A DNA stretch of 32,000 bases from Synechococcus elongatus PCC 6301 (GTDB lineage: Bacteria; Cyanobacteriota; Cyanobacteriia; Synechococcales; Synechococcaceae): NCBI RefSeq assembly GCF_000010065.1, contig NC_006576.1:1500001-1532000 (forward strand), in the 5' to 3' direction. A model generated the notes under the pieces. It did not search any database and was not told the DNA's origin. It saw only the letters and a list, made by a program, of their open reading frames with translations. Shown here in pieces: positions 7,742 to 17,250 of this stretch; position 1 is the first letter of the stretch, and each line of letters begins with the position of its first letter. Made by a program: the position numbers and the translations under genes.

Positions 7742-9196
7742 CTATGAATCGGGCTCAGCCTCAGGTTCAGCGATAGCCGCTTTGAGCTGGTTGTAGAGCG
7801 CCTTGAACTGTTTCTGGCGCAGGTTGTGATTCACGATCGGGGCAGGATAGCCTCGGCGTCCAATCGGCGTGATCTCCCCACTGATCAAGTCCTTGGGATG
7901 GACATGGCGCAGTTCTGGCAGCCAACGTTTGATGTAGGTCGCCGTGGCATCAAACTTCTTGGCCTGACTAGCAGGATTGAAAATCCGCAGCGGTTTGGGA
8001 TCCATGCCACTGGAAGCGCTCCACTGCCAACCGCCGTTATTTGCAGCCAGATCGCCATCGACCAAGTGCTGCATAAAGAACTGCTCCCCACGCCGCCAGT
8101 CGATGATCAAATCCTTGGTCAAAAAGCTGGCAACAATCATCCAGCAACGGTTGTGCATCCAGCCGGTTTCAGTCAGTTGGCGCATCGCTGCATCAACAAT
8201 CGGATAGCCCGTTTGCGCCTGGGTCCAAGCCGTGAACAGAGCCTCGCGATTTTCCCAAGGGAATTGCTGCCAGAGCGAGCGATAGGGACCATCGGCCAGG
8301 CTCGGGAAATGGTAGAGCGCATGCTGATAGAACTCCCGCCAAGCGAGTTCCTGCTGCCAAACGCGAATGCTGTTGCGGGCTTCGTCGCTGCGGCTGAGGG
8401 CATGGGCTGCACTGGCAGCCCGCCAAGCCTGACGAATACCGATCGCCCCGAATTTCAAAGCGGGACTCAAGCCCGAGGTTCCTGCTTCCGCCGGAAAATT
8501 GCGCTGGGGATCGTAGTCGGCGATCGCGCGATCGCAAAATTCTTGAAGACGGGCGATCGCCGCTGTTTCCCCCGGCTCCACTGGAAAACCCCCGTCCCAG
8601 TCAAAGCCAAGCTGCTTCAGGGTCGGTAGTTCCGACAACAGCAGAGGTGCGATCGCAGTTAGTTGCTCTGGTGAGAGATCGACCAGTTCTGTCGGTGTGG
8701 CAACCGGCGTGGGCTTGGGCTGAGCCTGCCAATTTTTCCAAAACGGCCCGTAGACGCTGTAGGGATTACCGCTGCCGCTGAGGATTTGATCGGGGCTATG
8801 GAGCAGTTGATCCCAGAGTTGAACAGCCCGAATGCCTGCCGTTTTCAGAGCGGCTGCGACCTGCCCATCGCGATCGCGGCCGTAGGGTTCAATGTCTTGG
8901 TTCCAATAAACTGCTTCCGCCTGAAGCTGCTGCGCCAGTTGCGGGATCAGGTGTTGTGGATCCCCTTGGAGCAATAGCAGCCGACTGCCCGCCTGTTGAT
9001 AACGCTGCTGGAGTTCCTGTAGGCAGCCCTGCAGGTAGGCAACCCGTGCTGGCGCCATGTCAGCACTCTGGAGAATCTGAGGGTCGAGGCAAAACAGACC
9101 GATCAGCTGCGCTGATTGTGCCCGCGCCGCCGCCAGACCAATGTTGTCGCTGAGGCGCAGGTCACGCCGGTGCCAAAACAGAATCGGAGCCGCCAC
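7742..9196 (-). CDS. phr: deoxyribodipyrimidine photo-lyase (8-HDF-type class I CPD photolyase)
   Basis: Full-length 484 aa. FWHRRDLRLSDNIGLAAA, WREFYQH, NNGGWQWSASSGMDPKPLRIFNP and KKFDATATYIKRWLPEL motifs. Confidence 0.97.
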   Translation of the reverse strand: MAAPILFWHRRDLRLSDNIGLAAARAQSAQLIGLFCLDPQILQSADMAPARVAYLQGCLQELQQRYQQAGSRLLLLQGDPQHLIPQLAQQLQAEAVYWNQDIEPYGRDRDGQVAAALKTAGIRAVQLWDQLLHSPDQILSGSGNPYSVYGPFWKNWQAQPKPTPVATPTELVDLSPEQLTAIAPLLLSELPTLKQLGFDWDGGFPVEPGETAAIARLQEFCDRAIADYDPQRNFPAEAGTSGLSPALKFGAIGIRQAWRAASAAHALSRSDEARNSIRVWQQELAWREFYQHALYHFPSLADGPYRSLWQQFPWENREALFTAWTQAQTGYPIVDAAMRQLTETGWMHNRCWMIVASFLTKDLIIDWRRGEQFFMQHLVDGDLAANNGGWQWSASSGMDPKPLRIFNPASQAKKFDATATYIKRWLPELRHVHPKDLISGEITPIGRRGYPAPIVNHNLRQKQFKALYNQLKAAIAEPEAEPDS

Positions 9197-9274
9197 AGCT
9201 GCCTCGGAAATAAGCCTTGGCTATTCTAGAAGGCTGATTTACTGGAGCCGCGATCGCAGCTTGCTGGTTCAGCC

Positions 9275-10870
9275 CTAAAGCTGGATCACCACTTGATTCT
9301 CAACCACGGTTTCCAGGGTCAGCAGATCTTCAATCGTCACCCGCAAAAAACGATCGCGATCAACCCAGAACTGGAGCCGTAGACGGTCAACCCCCGGATC
9401 GCCGGGTGGATCAAGTCGGGCGATCGTGCGGGCGGTTTCGCTATCATTCAGCGCCTTTGCTGCCGTGCGATCGGGCCCAATCCGGCGCGTAATCAGGCGA
9501 TCGCCATCAAAGAAAATCTCCGTCGCGCCGCGATCCTGACTCAGTTCACCGAGGACTAATTCCATGCTGGGTTGTTGCGCCACCGAAGCCCCCAGCACTA
9601 GCTCGACCGGTTCCGCCATCGGGTAGGCTTGGCCGGGCGGAATCAGTGGATGCCAATCATGGCGCTGACTGCGATGGTTCCAGTAGCGAATGCCGTAGCT
9701 GTGATAGAGAAAATCGCGGACTTCTAGCCCTTGCGCCAGTTGCAAAGCACCGCAAGCTACCGCCTCAAAGGGGCGATCGCAGCGAATCTTTTCAGTCGGG
9801 AAATAACCCGCCAGCCAGTCTTGCACAGCAGGAATTTGGGCGCTGCCACCGACCATCAGAACAGCTGCAATCGCATCAGGATTAATGCCTTGGCGGCGAC
9901 CTTGCTGGAGGACTGATTCGAGCAATTCATCCAGTTGTTCAGAGAAGCCGCGATCGTGCAGAATCTGCTGAAATTGCGAGCGATCAAGCTGTAGTTGTAG
10001 GCTTTGCAGCGTTTCGTCATCAAAGTAGACTTCGCTCGCCTCAGGCGTTGTCGAAAGCTGGATTTTGATCCGCTCCGCTAAGCGCGTCAGGACACGCGTT
10101 GGAGCCGTATTCAGTTGTTTCGCAAAGTAGTCGGTCAGCCAGTCATCGAGATCATTGCCGCCAAGGTTTCGACCTGCTTTTGCTAGCACCCGCGCCAGTT
10201 GCGGGCGCTGACCGCTGTTGTCGCCAAAAGATTGGTCGCCCCATTTGAGGATGAAACCCAAGGGCGATCGCACCTTGGAGGTAGTCTGTCCCAACTCAAT
10301 TAAGGCGAGATCGAGGGTGCCACCGCCAAAGTCAAAGACCAGAATGGGCGACTGCTGCTCGACACCGTAGCCCAGCGCTGCCGCCGTTGGTTCGTCAATC
10401 AAGCGGACGCGATCGACCGGCCACTGTTGTGCCACGCGACTCAGCCACAGCCGATAGTTCTCAAAGCTATCGACGGGCACCGTCAGCACGAGGTCAGCGC
10501 CGTCGCGATCGCCCGGTTCTAAAGCAGCAATCACTGTGTCCAAAAACCACTGGCCGACCTGTTCAAAGTCAGGGCAGACACCATCTAAATCCGGCAGAAA
10601 GCCCGTAACTTCTGCCCCAATCCCGCGCTTAAAACTGCGAAAAAAACGGGAATCCTGCGGGCGATCGCGCCCTTGATCGCGCACAGCTTGCCCTGCGAGC
10701 AAACGGGGCATCGTCGCTTCTTCGACGTAGAGCAGACTGGGAATCAGTGGTGGGGTTTGGGAGCCCCGCTGACTGAGATTGGTCAGCGACAGCAATTCCG
10801 GCGATTGCGTTTCTGTATTCCAACGCGCCACCACAGTATTACTGGTGCCGAAATCCAGCGCGATCGCCAC
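9275..10870 (-). CDS. Hsp70/DnaK-family protein, divergent, lacks C-terminal lid
   Basis: ALDFGTSNTVVARWN (phosphate 1), LIDEPTAAALGYG, VFDFGGGTLDLALIEL (phosphate 2) and VLMVGGSAQIPAVQ (adenosine). The ORF ends shortly after a beta-type C-terminal region. Confidence 0.9.
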   Translation of the reverse strand: MAIALDFGTSNTVVARWNTETQSPELLSLTNLSQRGSQTPPLIPSLLYVEEATMPRLLAGQAVRDQGRDRPQDSRFFRSFKRGIGAEVTGFLPDLDGVCPDFEQVGQWFLDTVIAALEPGDRDGADLVLTVPVDSFENYRLWLSRVAQQWPVDRVRLIDEPTAAALGYGVEQQSPILVFDFGGGTLDLALIELGQTTSKVRSPLGFILKWGDQSFGDNSGQRPQLARVLAKAGRNLGGNDLDDWLTDYFAKQLNTAPTRVLTRLAERIKIQLSTTPEASEVYFDDETLQSLQLQLDRSQFQQILHDRGFSEQLDELLESVLQQGRRQGINPDAIAAVLMVGGSAQIPAVQDWLAGYFPTEKIRCDRPFEAVACGALQLAQGLEVRDFLYHSYGIRYWNHRSQRHDWHPLIPPGQAYPMAEPVELVLGASVAQQPSMELVLGELSQDRGATEIFFDGDRLITRRIGPDRTAAKALNDSETARTIARLDPPGDPGVDRLRLQFWVDRDRFLRVTIEDLLTLETVVENQVVIQL

Positions 10871-10934
10871 GCGAAACCACCCTTGCTGTCTGTGCTTTCA
10901 GTTTACGAAAGCCCTGGGATCGCCCTCACTCGTT

Positions 10935-11492
10935 TCAGGACAAACGATCGACTTCCGCCCGCTGGATCAAGCGATCGCGCCAACGATACCCCGGTCGCCA
11001 AATCACAACGCGATCGCCTGGCTCGGCCTGACCCTCGCGCAGCAATTGCCAACTGGGATCAAAGGCGAACTCCTGGCCGATCGTCCCGAGGGTTTCAACT
11101 TGCCAGTCTTTCAACAACTGCTCCAGCGGTTGCAGCAAGGGCAACAGTCGCTCTGCGGGTAAATCCGATCGCTGTTGAGCAGCCCAAGCGGCGCGGGGCC
11201 AGTTCAATAGCCACGGCTCCAAGCGATGCAGCCCATCCTGCTCAAAGGTTTCGCGATCGCTGGTTGAAGCGATCGGGGCAGGAGTCTGGCGGGCTGATTC
11301 CGGCTCGACTAACTTGGCAACATCGATCTGAAGGACAGCCGCGATCGCCGCTAATTGTTTCCAAGTGAGTGAGTCGCCTTGACCTTGTCGCAGGCGCTGC
11401 AAGACTCGCTCAGAGACGCCACTTTGCTGAGCGAGCGATCGCCAACTGGTGAGGCCTTGTGCCTGCATCCACTGCCGCAACTGGGCTTCCAT
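10935..11492 (-). CDS. HTH (XRE-like) protein with GrpE-like C-terminal domain
   Basis: N-terminus SWRSLAQQSGVSERVLQRLRQGQGDSLTWKQLAAIAAVLQIDVAKL (HTH). C-terminus VETLGTIGQEFAFDPSWQLLREGQAEPGDRVVIWRPGYRWRDRLIQRAEV resembles the GrpE beta-domain. Confidence 0.75.
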   Translation of the reverse strand: MEAQLRQWMQAQGLTSWRSLAQQSGVSERVLQRLRQGQGDSLTWKQLAAIAAVLQIDVAKLVEPESARQTPAPIASTSDRETFEQDGLHRLEPWLLNWPRAAWAAQQRSDLPAERLLPLLQPLEQLLKDWQVETLGTIGQEFAFDPSWQLLREGQAEPGDRVVIWRPGYRWRDRLIQRAEVDRLS

Positions 11493-11498
11493 CGGGAA

Positions 11499-12050
11499 CT
11501 AGCTTTCCAGCAGACTGCGCAGCATCCAAGCATTTTTCTCGTGGATTTGCATCCGCTGAGTCAGCAAGTCAGCGGTCGGTTCATCGCTGGCAGCATCGAC
11601 GATCGGGAAAAGAGCCCGCGCGGTTCGCACCACCGTTTCTTGACCAATCACCAACTGCTGAATCATCTCAGTGGCGCTGGGAATGCCGTCTGCTTCTTCA
11701 ATGCTGGTGAGTTTGGCGTAGGCGCTGTAGCTGCCAGGTGCCGGAAAACCAAGGGCGCGAATCCGTTCGGCAATCAAATCGACGGCCAAGGCTAGCTCGT
11801 TGTATTGCGTCTCAAACAGCAAGTGCAGCGTCTGGAACATCGGGCCGGTGACATTCCAATGGAAATTGTGGGTTTTGAGATAGAGGGTGTAGGTATCTGC
11901 CAGCAGTCGGGAGAGCCCATCTGCGATCGCCTGCCGATCGTCATTACTGATGCCAATGTCCACGGGCAGCGTGGCCGCTTTTTTACCTTCCGATTTTTTA
12001 CCCATACAGCTTGCAACCTCAGAATTCCAGTGTTCAGTTTGCCCCATCAA
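11499..12050 (-). CDS. dpsA: Dps-family DNA-binding ferritin-like protein
   Basis: [42 protein letters not shown] ferroxidase motif. Start uncertain: ATG at 12050/12047 or the internal MGKKSEG at 12005. Confidence 0.92.
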   Translation of the reverse strand: MMGQTEHWNSEVASCMGKKSEGKKAATLPVDIGISNDDRQAIADGLSRLLADTYTLYLKTHNFHWNVTGPMFQTLHLLFETQYNELALAVDLIAERIRALGFPAPGSYSAYAKLTSIEEADGIPSATEMIQQLVIGQETVVRTARALFPIVDAASDEPTADLLTQRMQIHEKNAWMLRSLLES

Positions 12051-12065
12051 GGCCGATCGCCTTAG

Positions 12066-12326
12066 TTAAGCCAGATGCAGAGCCAGCACCGATCGCGGTG
12101 CGCGCCGAATCCGGCAGCGAATCGTTTCCAAGCCTAGCCGCTGGTGCGCTTCGTAGCGGTGACAGCCCGAGAAGCCGTAATATTCGCCCTCGACTTCCAG
12201 CACCTCGATCGGCTCACGCAAGCCTTCAGCCGCGATCGAGACCATCAAGTCCTGCACTTTCTGCGGATCGGTGTTGCGAGGCAGGGGACGGCGAATTTGA
12301 TGGACGGGGAGTTCAGCAACTCGCAT
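12066..12326 (-). CDS. srx: sulfiredoxin
   Basis: 86 aa. IRRPLPRNTDPQKVQDLMVSI and the catalytic FSGCHR motif at 12156-12173, followed by YEAHQRLGLETIRCRI. Confidence 0.85.
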   Translation of the reverse strand: MRVAELPVHQIRRPLPRNTDPQKVQDLMVSIAAEGLREPIEVLEVEGEYYGFSGCHRYEAHQRLGLETIRCRIRRAPRSVLALHLA

Positions 12327-12498
12327 GGGACTATTGTCATCTCATACTCATTACGAGTTTAATTTAGCTCAGGTTCTTGCGATCGCTGCAGTTTTCCGCT
12401 TTTGGGTGGTCTGGAACAGCAACAGAGAGGTGGCTGTGTTCTGAGCCGCTACGAAAGGAAGCAAGCTAGAGTTCAGGGAATAGCAATTCGCGATCGCA

Positions 12499-13917
12499 GT
12501 GGTGGATTCGCTTCAACAGTGGCAAGAGGTGGAGGCGGTGTTAGCCGACCTCAGCCAAGCCAGTCAGGAACATCACTACCGCCAGACGCATCGGCTGGTG
12601 CAGGACTATCTCGATCGCCTGCAGCTCAGTCCGCGTGAACAACAGGGACTGGAACCGCTGCTGAAAAGTCTGGAGCGCATGCAGGCCAAGCTGGAGCAGC
12701 AAGTCCTCCATATCGCAGTGTTTGGATTGGTGGGACGGGGAAAGTCCTCGCTATTGAATGCGCTAGTTGGGGAAACGGTTTTTGAGACGGGCGCGATTCA
12801 TGGTGTGACGACCGCGATCGCCACGGCTGCTTGGCCGTTGACGACGGATGAGGATGGTGTGCAGCGCTTGCGCTGGTCAGGCTTGGGTGATGTGCAAGTC
12901 GAGCTAATCGACACGCCGGGCATTGATGAAATTGACGGCGATCAATGGGAAGCCCTCGCCAAACGGGTCGCGCAACAGGCCGATTTGATTCTGTTTGTGG
13001 TCAGTGGCGATATCAGTCAGCTAGAACAGGACACGCTGACGGTGTTGCACCAAGCCCATAAGCCGCTGTTGCTGGTCTTGAATAAGGCGGATCAATACGG
13101 CGATCGCGATCGCGAGGCGATTCGCAACAAGCTGGCCGATGAGCGGTTGCGGCATTTGATCTCGATCGATGAAATTGTGACGGTGGCCGCTGCGCCGCGC
13201 CAAGCCGAACCGGAGTATGACGGCGATCGCCTTGTGGGGACGAAGTTAGTCAGTCTGCCGCCCCAAGTTGAGCCACTGCGTCAGCGAATCATCACGCTGT
13301 TGCTGCACGAAGGACAGTCCTTGCTAGCGCTGAATGCCTTGCTGCAAATGGCGATGGTCGATCGCCAAGTCGTGCGCCGCAAGCTACAAAGCCGCGATCG
13401 CCAAGCCGAGGAATTGATCTGGCGATTTGCGATCGCGAAAGGGATGGCTGTCGCCATCAACCCAATCAGTTTTGTCGATCTGCTGGGAGGTGCCGCGATC
13501 GATGTCGCGCTGATTCTGCAACTCTCCCAGCTCTACGATCTGCCGATTGGTGAAGGCAAAGCGATCGCCCTACTCCGCACGATCGCGGTAGGCATGGGCA
13601 GTTTAGGGCTGGGTGAAGGCTTAGTGCGCGTCGGTTTGAGTGCCCTCAAGGGACTCATGGGCGTGGCCGCTCCCGTCAGTGGCGGCTTGAGCTTGGGCGT
13701 TTACGTCCCTGTTGCGCTCACTCAGGCAGGGATTGGTGGTTTTGCCACCTACGCGATCGGGCAAGTGACCAAGGCTTATCTGGCCAATGGTGCAGATTGG
13801 GGGCCAGAAGGAGCCGGACTGCTGACCCAGCAAATCTTGGACAGTTTGGATGAAGCCGCGATTTTGCAACGCCTGCGGGGTGAAATCGATCGCCGCTTAC
13901 GGCTCAAGCAGCTTTAG
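12499..13917 (+). CDS. Era/YcjP-like small GTPase with DUF697-type C-terminal membrane domain
   Basis: GLVGRGKSSLLNALVG (P-loop), LIDTPGIDEIDG (G3) and LVLNKADQYG (G4), with a Gly/Ala-rich hydrophobic C-terminus. GTG start. Confidence 0.85.
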   Translation: MVDSLQQWQEVEAVLADLSQASQEHHYRQTHRLVQDYLDRLQLSPREQQGLEPLLKSLERMQAKLEQQVLHIAVFGLVGRGKSSLLNALVGETVFETGAIHGVTTAIATAAWPLTTDEDGVQRLRWSGLGDVQVELIDTPGIDEIDGDQWEALAKRVAQQADLILFVVSGDISQLEQDTLTVLHQAHKPLLLVLNKADQYGDRDREAIRNKLADERLRHLISIDEIVTVAAAPRQAEPEYDGDRLVGTKLVSLPPQVEPLRQRIITLLLHEGQSLLALNALLQMAMVDRQVVRRKLQSRDRQAEELIWRFAIAKGMAVAINPISFVDLLGGAAIDVALILQLSQLYDLPIGEGKAIALLRTIAVGMGSLGLGEGLVRVGLSALKGLMGVAAPVSGGLSLGVYVPVALTQAGIGGFATYAIGQVTKAYLANGADWGPEGAGLLTQQILDSLDEAAILQRLRGEIDRRLRLKQL

Positions 13918-13929
13918 CGGCGGAGAGCC

Positions 13930-14508
13930 ATGCATTTAGCCCTGTTTGGAACCAGTGCCGACCCGCCCACCTTGGCGCATCAAGCGATCATCCAAGGCTG
14001 CGCTGATTGCTTTGATCATGTGGCGATTTGGGCGTCAGACAACCCTTTTAAGCAACATGCGGCTTCCCTGCGCGATCGCAGTCAGATGTTGGCGGCCATG
14101 GTCAATGCCTGTCAGCCGCCCCTGAGTAATGCACAGGTTTACGCTGACCTCAGTTTTCCGCGCACGATTCAGACCCTGACAGTAGCTCGCGATCGCTGGC
14201 CACAAGCCAAGATTTCGCTAGTGATTGGCAGTGATTTGCTAGCGCAGATTCCCCGCTGGTATCAAGCGGCGCAGTGGTTGCCGAGCGTCTCCTTGTTTGT
14301 GGTGCCCCGTCCTGCCTCTAATGATTGGCAAACCGCCGCCGATTGGTTGACGCAACAAGGCACCACTGTAGCGATCGCACCCTTCCAAGGTCCCGCGATC
14401 GCATCCTCGACCTTTCGAGAAAGCAGCGACTGGCGACTGCTACCGGCTGCCGTTACCGCCTACATTCATCAACATCAGCTCTATTCCTCGGCTTCCGCTG
14501 CCCTATGA
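13930..14508 (+). CDS. nadD: nicotinate-nucleotide adenylyltransferase
   Basis: ALFGTSADPPTLAHQAII nucleotidyltransferase motif and IASSTFRES. Adjacent to nadE. Confidence 0.9.
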   Translation: MHLALFGTSADPPTLAHQAIIQGCADCFDHVAIWASDNPFKQHAASLRDRSQMLAAMVNACQPPLSNAQVYADLSFPRTIQTLTVARDRWPQAKISLVIGSDLLAQIPRWYQAAQWLPSVSLFVVPRPASNDWQTAADWLTQQGTTVAIAPFQGPAIASSTFRESSDWRLLPAAVTAYIHQHQLYSSASAAL

Positions 14509-16229
14509 AACTGGCGATCGCGCAACTTAATCCCACGATTGGGGATTTGACCGGTAATACCCAAGCGATTGTGGCGGTGGCTCGGGAAGCCCAACAAGCA
14601 GGAGCGCGATTGCTGTTGACGCCGGAACTGTCGCTCTGCGGCTACCCACCTCGCGATTTGCTGCTGTTACCCGATTTTCTGGCGGCGATCGCTGATCAGC
14701 TTGAGCAACTCTGTCGCGAAGCCCCAAAGGATATTGCACTGCTGGTGGGTGCTCCGCTGCCGAATCCGCAAGCGGGCATTGAGGGCGGCAAGCCGCTGTT
14801 CAATGGCGCGGTGCTGATTGAGAACGGTGAAATCCGCGATCGCTTCTACAAACAGTTGCTACCCACCTACGACGTCTTTGATGAAGACCGCTATTTTCAG
14901 TCGGGGCAAGGCGGTTGGTTTGACCTCCAAGCGGAGGGAGAAACCCTGAGAGTGGGGGTCAGCATTTGCGAAGACCTTTGGAATGAACCGGAGTTCTGGG
15001 GAGAGCGTCGCTACGAATCGGATCCGATCGCGGCCTTAGTGGCTGATCAAATTGACTTGCTGGTCAATCTTTCGGCTTCGCCCTACTGCTTTGGCAAACC
15101 CAAACTGCGCGAAGCCCTACTCCGGCATACCTGTCGCCGCTATCAAATTCCGTTGCTCTACGCCAATCAAGTCGGCGGCAATGATGACCTGATTTTTGAT
15201 GGCAACAGCTTTGTCCTGAATGCCGCAGGTGAGGTTTTGCAGAGAGGTAAACACTGCCAAGCTGAATTGCTGATCGTAGATTGGCAGCAGATCCAATTGG
15301 CACCTGCAACTACAGCGATCGCCTCTCCATCACTCACAGAGTCACAACAGGATTTAGCTGAACTCTGGGAAGTGTTGGTGCTCGGACTGCGAGATTACAC
15401 CCGTAAGTGTGGCTTCAAAAGCATTGTCTTGGGGCTAAGTGGTGGGATTGACTCAGCATTGGTTGCTGCTTTAGCTGCTGCTGCGATCGAGGCAGAGAAT
15501 GTGCTCGCGATTCTGATGCCTTCACCCTACAGTTCCGATCACTCAATTACGGATGCGATCGCCCTAGCCGAGAATCTTCAGATTCGCCATGAAACGATCG
15601 CAATCGCACCCTTGATGACGGCTTTTGAACATTCGCTATCGGACTTATTCGCAGGGCGATCGCCGGATGTCACGGAAGAGGATATCCAATCGCGGATTCG
15701 CGGCACTTTACTGATGGCAGCAGCCAATAAATTGGGATCACTTCTGGTTACAACGGGGAATAAGTCAGAGCTAGCCGTTGGCTATTGCACGCTCTACGGC
15801 GATATGAATGGCGGCCTCGCAGCGATCGCAGATCTACCCAAAACTTGGGTCTATCAGTTGTGTCACTGGTTAAATTCTGAAGCGGCAGCCGAGGTGCGAT
15901 CGCAACACTTTCCACAAGCTCCAACAGAAATTATCCCTGACTCAATCCTCACCAAAGCCCCGAGTGCAGAACTTCGGCCCGATCAAGTCGATCAGGATTC
16001 ACTACCAGACTATGCAGTCTTGGATGATATTTTGGTACGGCTGATTGAAAAACATCAGTCCCGCAAGGAGATTTTAGCGGCAGGTCATTCTTCTGAAGTT
16101 CTTGATAAAGTGCTTGGCCTTGTTCGCCGTGCTGAATTCAAACGCAAGCAAGCAGCACCAGGACTGAAAGTGAGCGATCGCGCCTTTGGAACCGGTTGGC
16201 GGATGCCGATCGCTTGTCGTTGGGGCTAA
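14505..16229 (+). CDS. nadE: NAD+ synthase, glutamine-hydrolysing
   Basis: Nitrilase domain (MKLAIAQLNPTIGDLTGN, ELSLCGYPPRDLL, SICEDLW) and synthetase domain (VLGLSGGIDSALVAALAA, TTGNKSELAVGYCTLYGDMNGG). Start set at the ATG overlapping the nadD stop (ATGA), not the listed 14325. Confidence 0.96.
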   Translation: MKLAIAQLNPTIGDLTGNTQAIVAVAREAQQAGARLLLTPELSLCGYPPRDLLLLPDFLAAIADQLEQLCREAPKDIALLVGAPLPNPQAGIEGGKPLFNGAVLIENGEIRDRFYKQLLPTYDVFDEDRYFQSGQGGWFDLQAEGETLRVGVSICEDLWNEPEFWGERRYESDPIAALVADQIDLLVNLSASPYCFGKPKLREALLRHTCRRYQIPLLYANQVGGNDDLIFDGNSFVLNAAGEVLQRGKHCQAELLIVDWQQIQLAPATTAIASPSLTESQQDLAELWEVLVLGLRDYTRKCGFKSIVLGLSGGIDSALVAALAAAAIEAENVLAILMPSPYSSDHSITDAIALAENLQIRHETIAIAPLMTAFEHSLSDLFAGRSPDVTEEDIQSRIRGTLLMAAANKLGSLLVTTGNKSELAVGYCTLYGDMNGGLAAIADLPKTWVYQLCHWLNSEAAAEVRSQHFPQAPTEIIPDSILTKAPSAELRPDQVDQDSLPDYAVLDDILVRLIEKHQSRKEILAAGHSSEVLDKVLGLVRRAEFKRKQAAPGLKVSDRAFGTGWRMPIACRWG

Positions 16230-16425
16230 CTGAATTTCACATTAGATATAGTTATTCATGACGGCATCAAGAAATGCACTAAAACTTGTGAATGACATCA
16301 GGCTAGGCTTTCAACAATTTGTCATCCCCATACAGCGAGATGCAAGAATAAAAAATGTTTGCAGCCGACAATAATTGTTCTGGAGCAACTATAAGAGATC
16401 GCTGACTTCTAATTAGGAGAAGCTA

Positions 16426-17250
16426 ATGAACTATGCACTCCCCCTAACTGCTTTTGTTGGGAGCTTCACTTTAATGCTCTTGGTAGGGGCACCAGTAAAG
16501 GCTTGTCCACCGGGTCACTATCAAATGGGTGGTGGCAATGCTGGTTGGGTCGGTTGTGCGCCCATGGATGGTGGCGTAGGTTCAGGGAACAGTGCTCCCA
16601 GCATTGCAGATATGAATATCACTGCTCCCAGATTGTCTACCTACGATGCGAAGCAATGGGTGGATTTCTTTGAGCAAATGGCACAGTCCAGCATCGAGAC
16701 TGAGCGCGAACTAGTTGGCAAGGAAAACCCAGAGGTCTATGAAGCTTTGTTGCAAGGAGTTTGGATCTTTGGCAGTTCGAAGCTGGATAGCAAAGTCCCC
16801 ATGTGTACGGCTACTTTTGCAACCCGACGTGGTGGCGTGATGTTCCAAGATTGGACGGGCGATGAGCCAGGGACATTTCTTGCCTTCTACAACGTCAACA
16901 TTCAGAGGGTGAATCAGGTGAAGCGTGTCCGGGTTCGTCTCGAGCAATCCGGCGAAAGTCAGACAGTCGAAGCGTTCCAGACTAATTACCCGCTTGTGGA
17001 CACGATGGGCATGCTGATGTCTCGCGTGCCCTCAACTGAAGCACTTTTGTCGTCCATCGAAGACAACCAAGATTTCAACATCTACATGCGGGAGTCGGAT
17101 ATCGAAACAAGACGCGGCCTAGGGCTCTTACTCCTTCCGAATCGAGGCAGGAACGATGTTGAATACAAAGTCGTTTCTGGAGAATGGCACAGTGGCCTAT
17201 CTGCCCGCGACGCTCTAAAAGCCTGCATTCAAAAGCGTGATGCTCGCTAA
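16426..17250 (+). CDS. hypothetical secreted protein, Cys/Gly-rich mature N-terminus
   Basis: Signal-peptide-like MNYALPLTAFVGSFTLMLLVGAPVKA, then CPPGHYQMGGGNAGWVGCAPM. AGGAG-type ribosome-binding site upstream. Confidence 0.65.
   Translation: MNYALPLTAFVGSFTLMLLVGAPVKACPPGHYQMGGGNAGWVGCAPMDGGVGSGNSAPSIADMNITAPRLSTYDAKQWVDFFEQMAQSSIETERELVGKENPEVYEALLQGVWIFGSSKLDSKVPMCTATFATRRGGVMFQDWTGDEPGTFLAFYNVNIQRVNQVKRVRVRLEQSGESQTVEAFQTNYPLVDTMGMLMSRVPSTEALLSSIEDNQDFNIYMRESDIETRRGLGLLLLPNRGRNDVEYKVVSGEWHSGLSARDALKACIQKRDAR

Noticed and set aside
7826-8629. 267-aa plus-strand ORF opposite photolyase
   Set aside because: Fully antisense to a well-conserved phr gene with no recognisable motifs of its own.
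9646-11368. Plus-strand ORFs opposite the Hsp70 and HTH/GrpE genes (for example 10673..11368, 231 aa)
   Set aside because: Shadow ORFs in GC-rich coding DNA. The minus-strand proteins have clear conserved motifs.
12066-12326. ParB-like nuclease domain annotation for the small ORF
   Set aside because: The fold family is related, but the catalytic FSGCHR motif and 86-aa single-domain length identify sulfiredoxin.
14325-14504. N-terminal 60-aa extension of NadE in the ORF track
   Set aside because: It overlaps most of the nadD 3' end out of frame and has low-complexity, Arg-rich sequence. The NadE nitrilase domain begins at the ATG at 14505.
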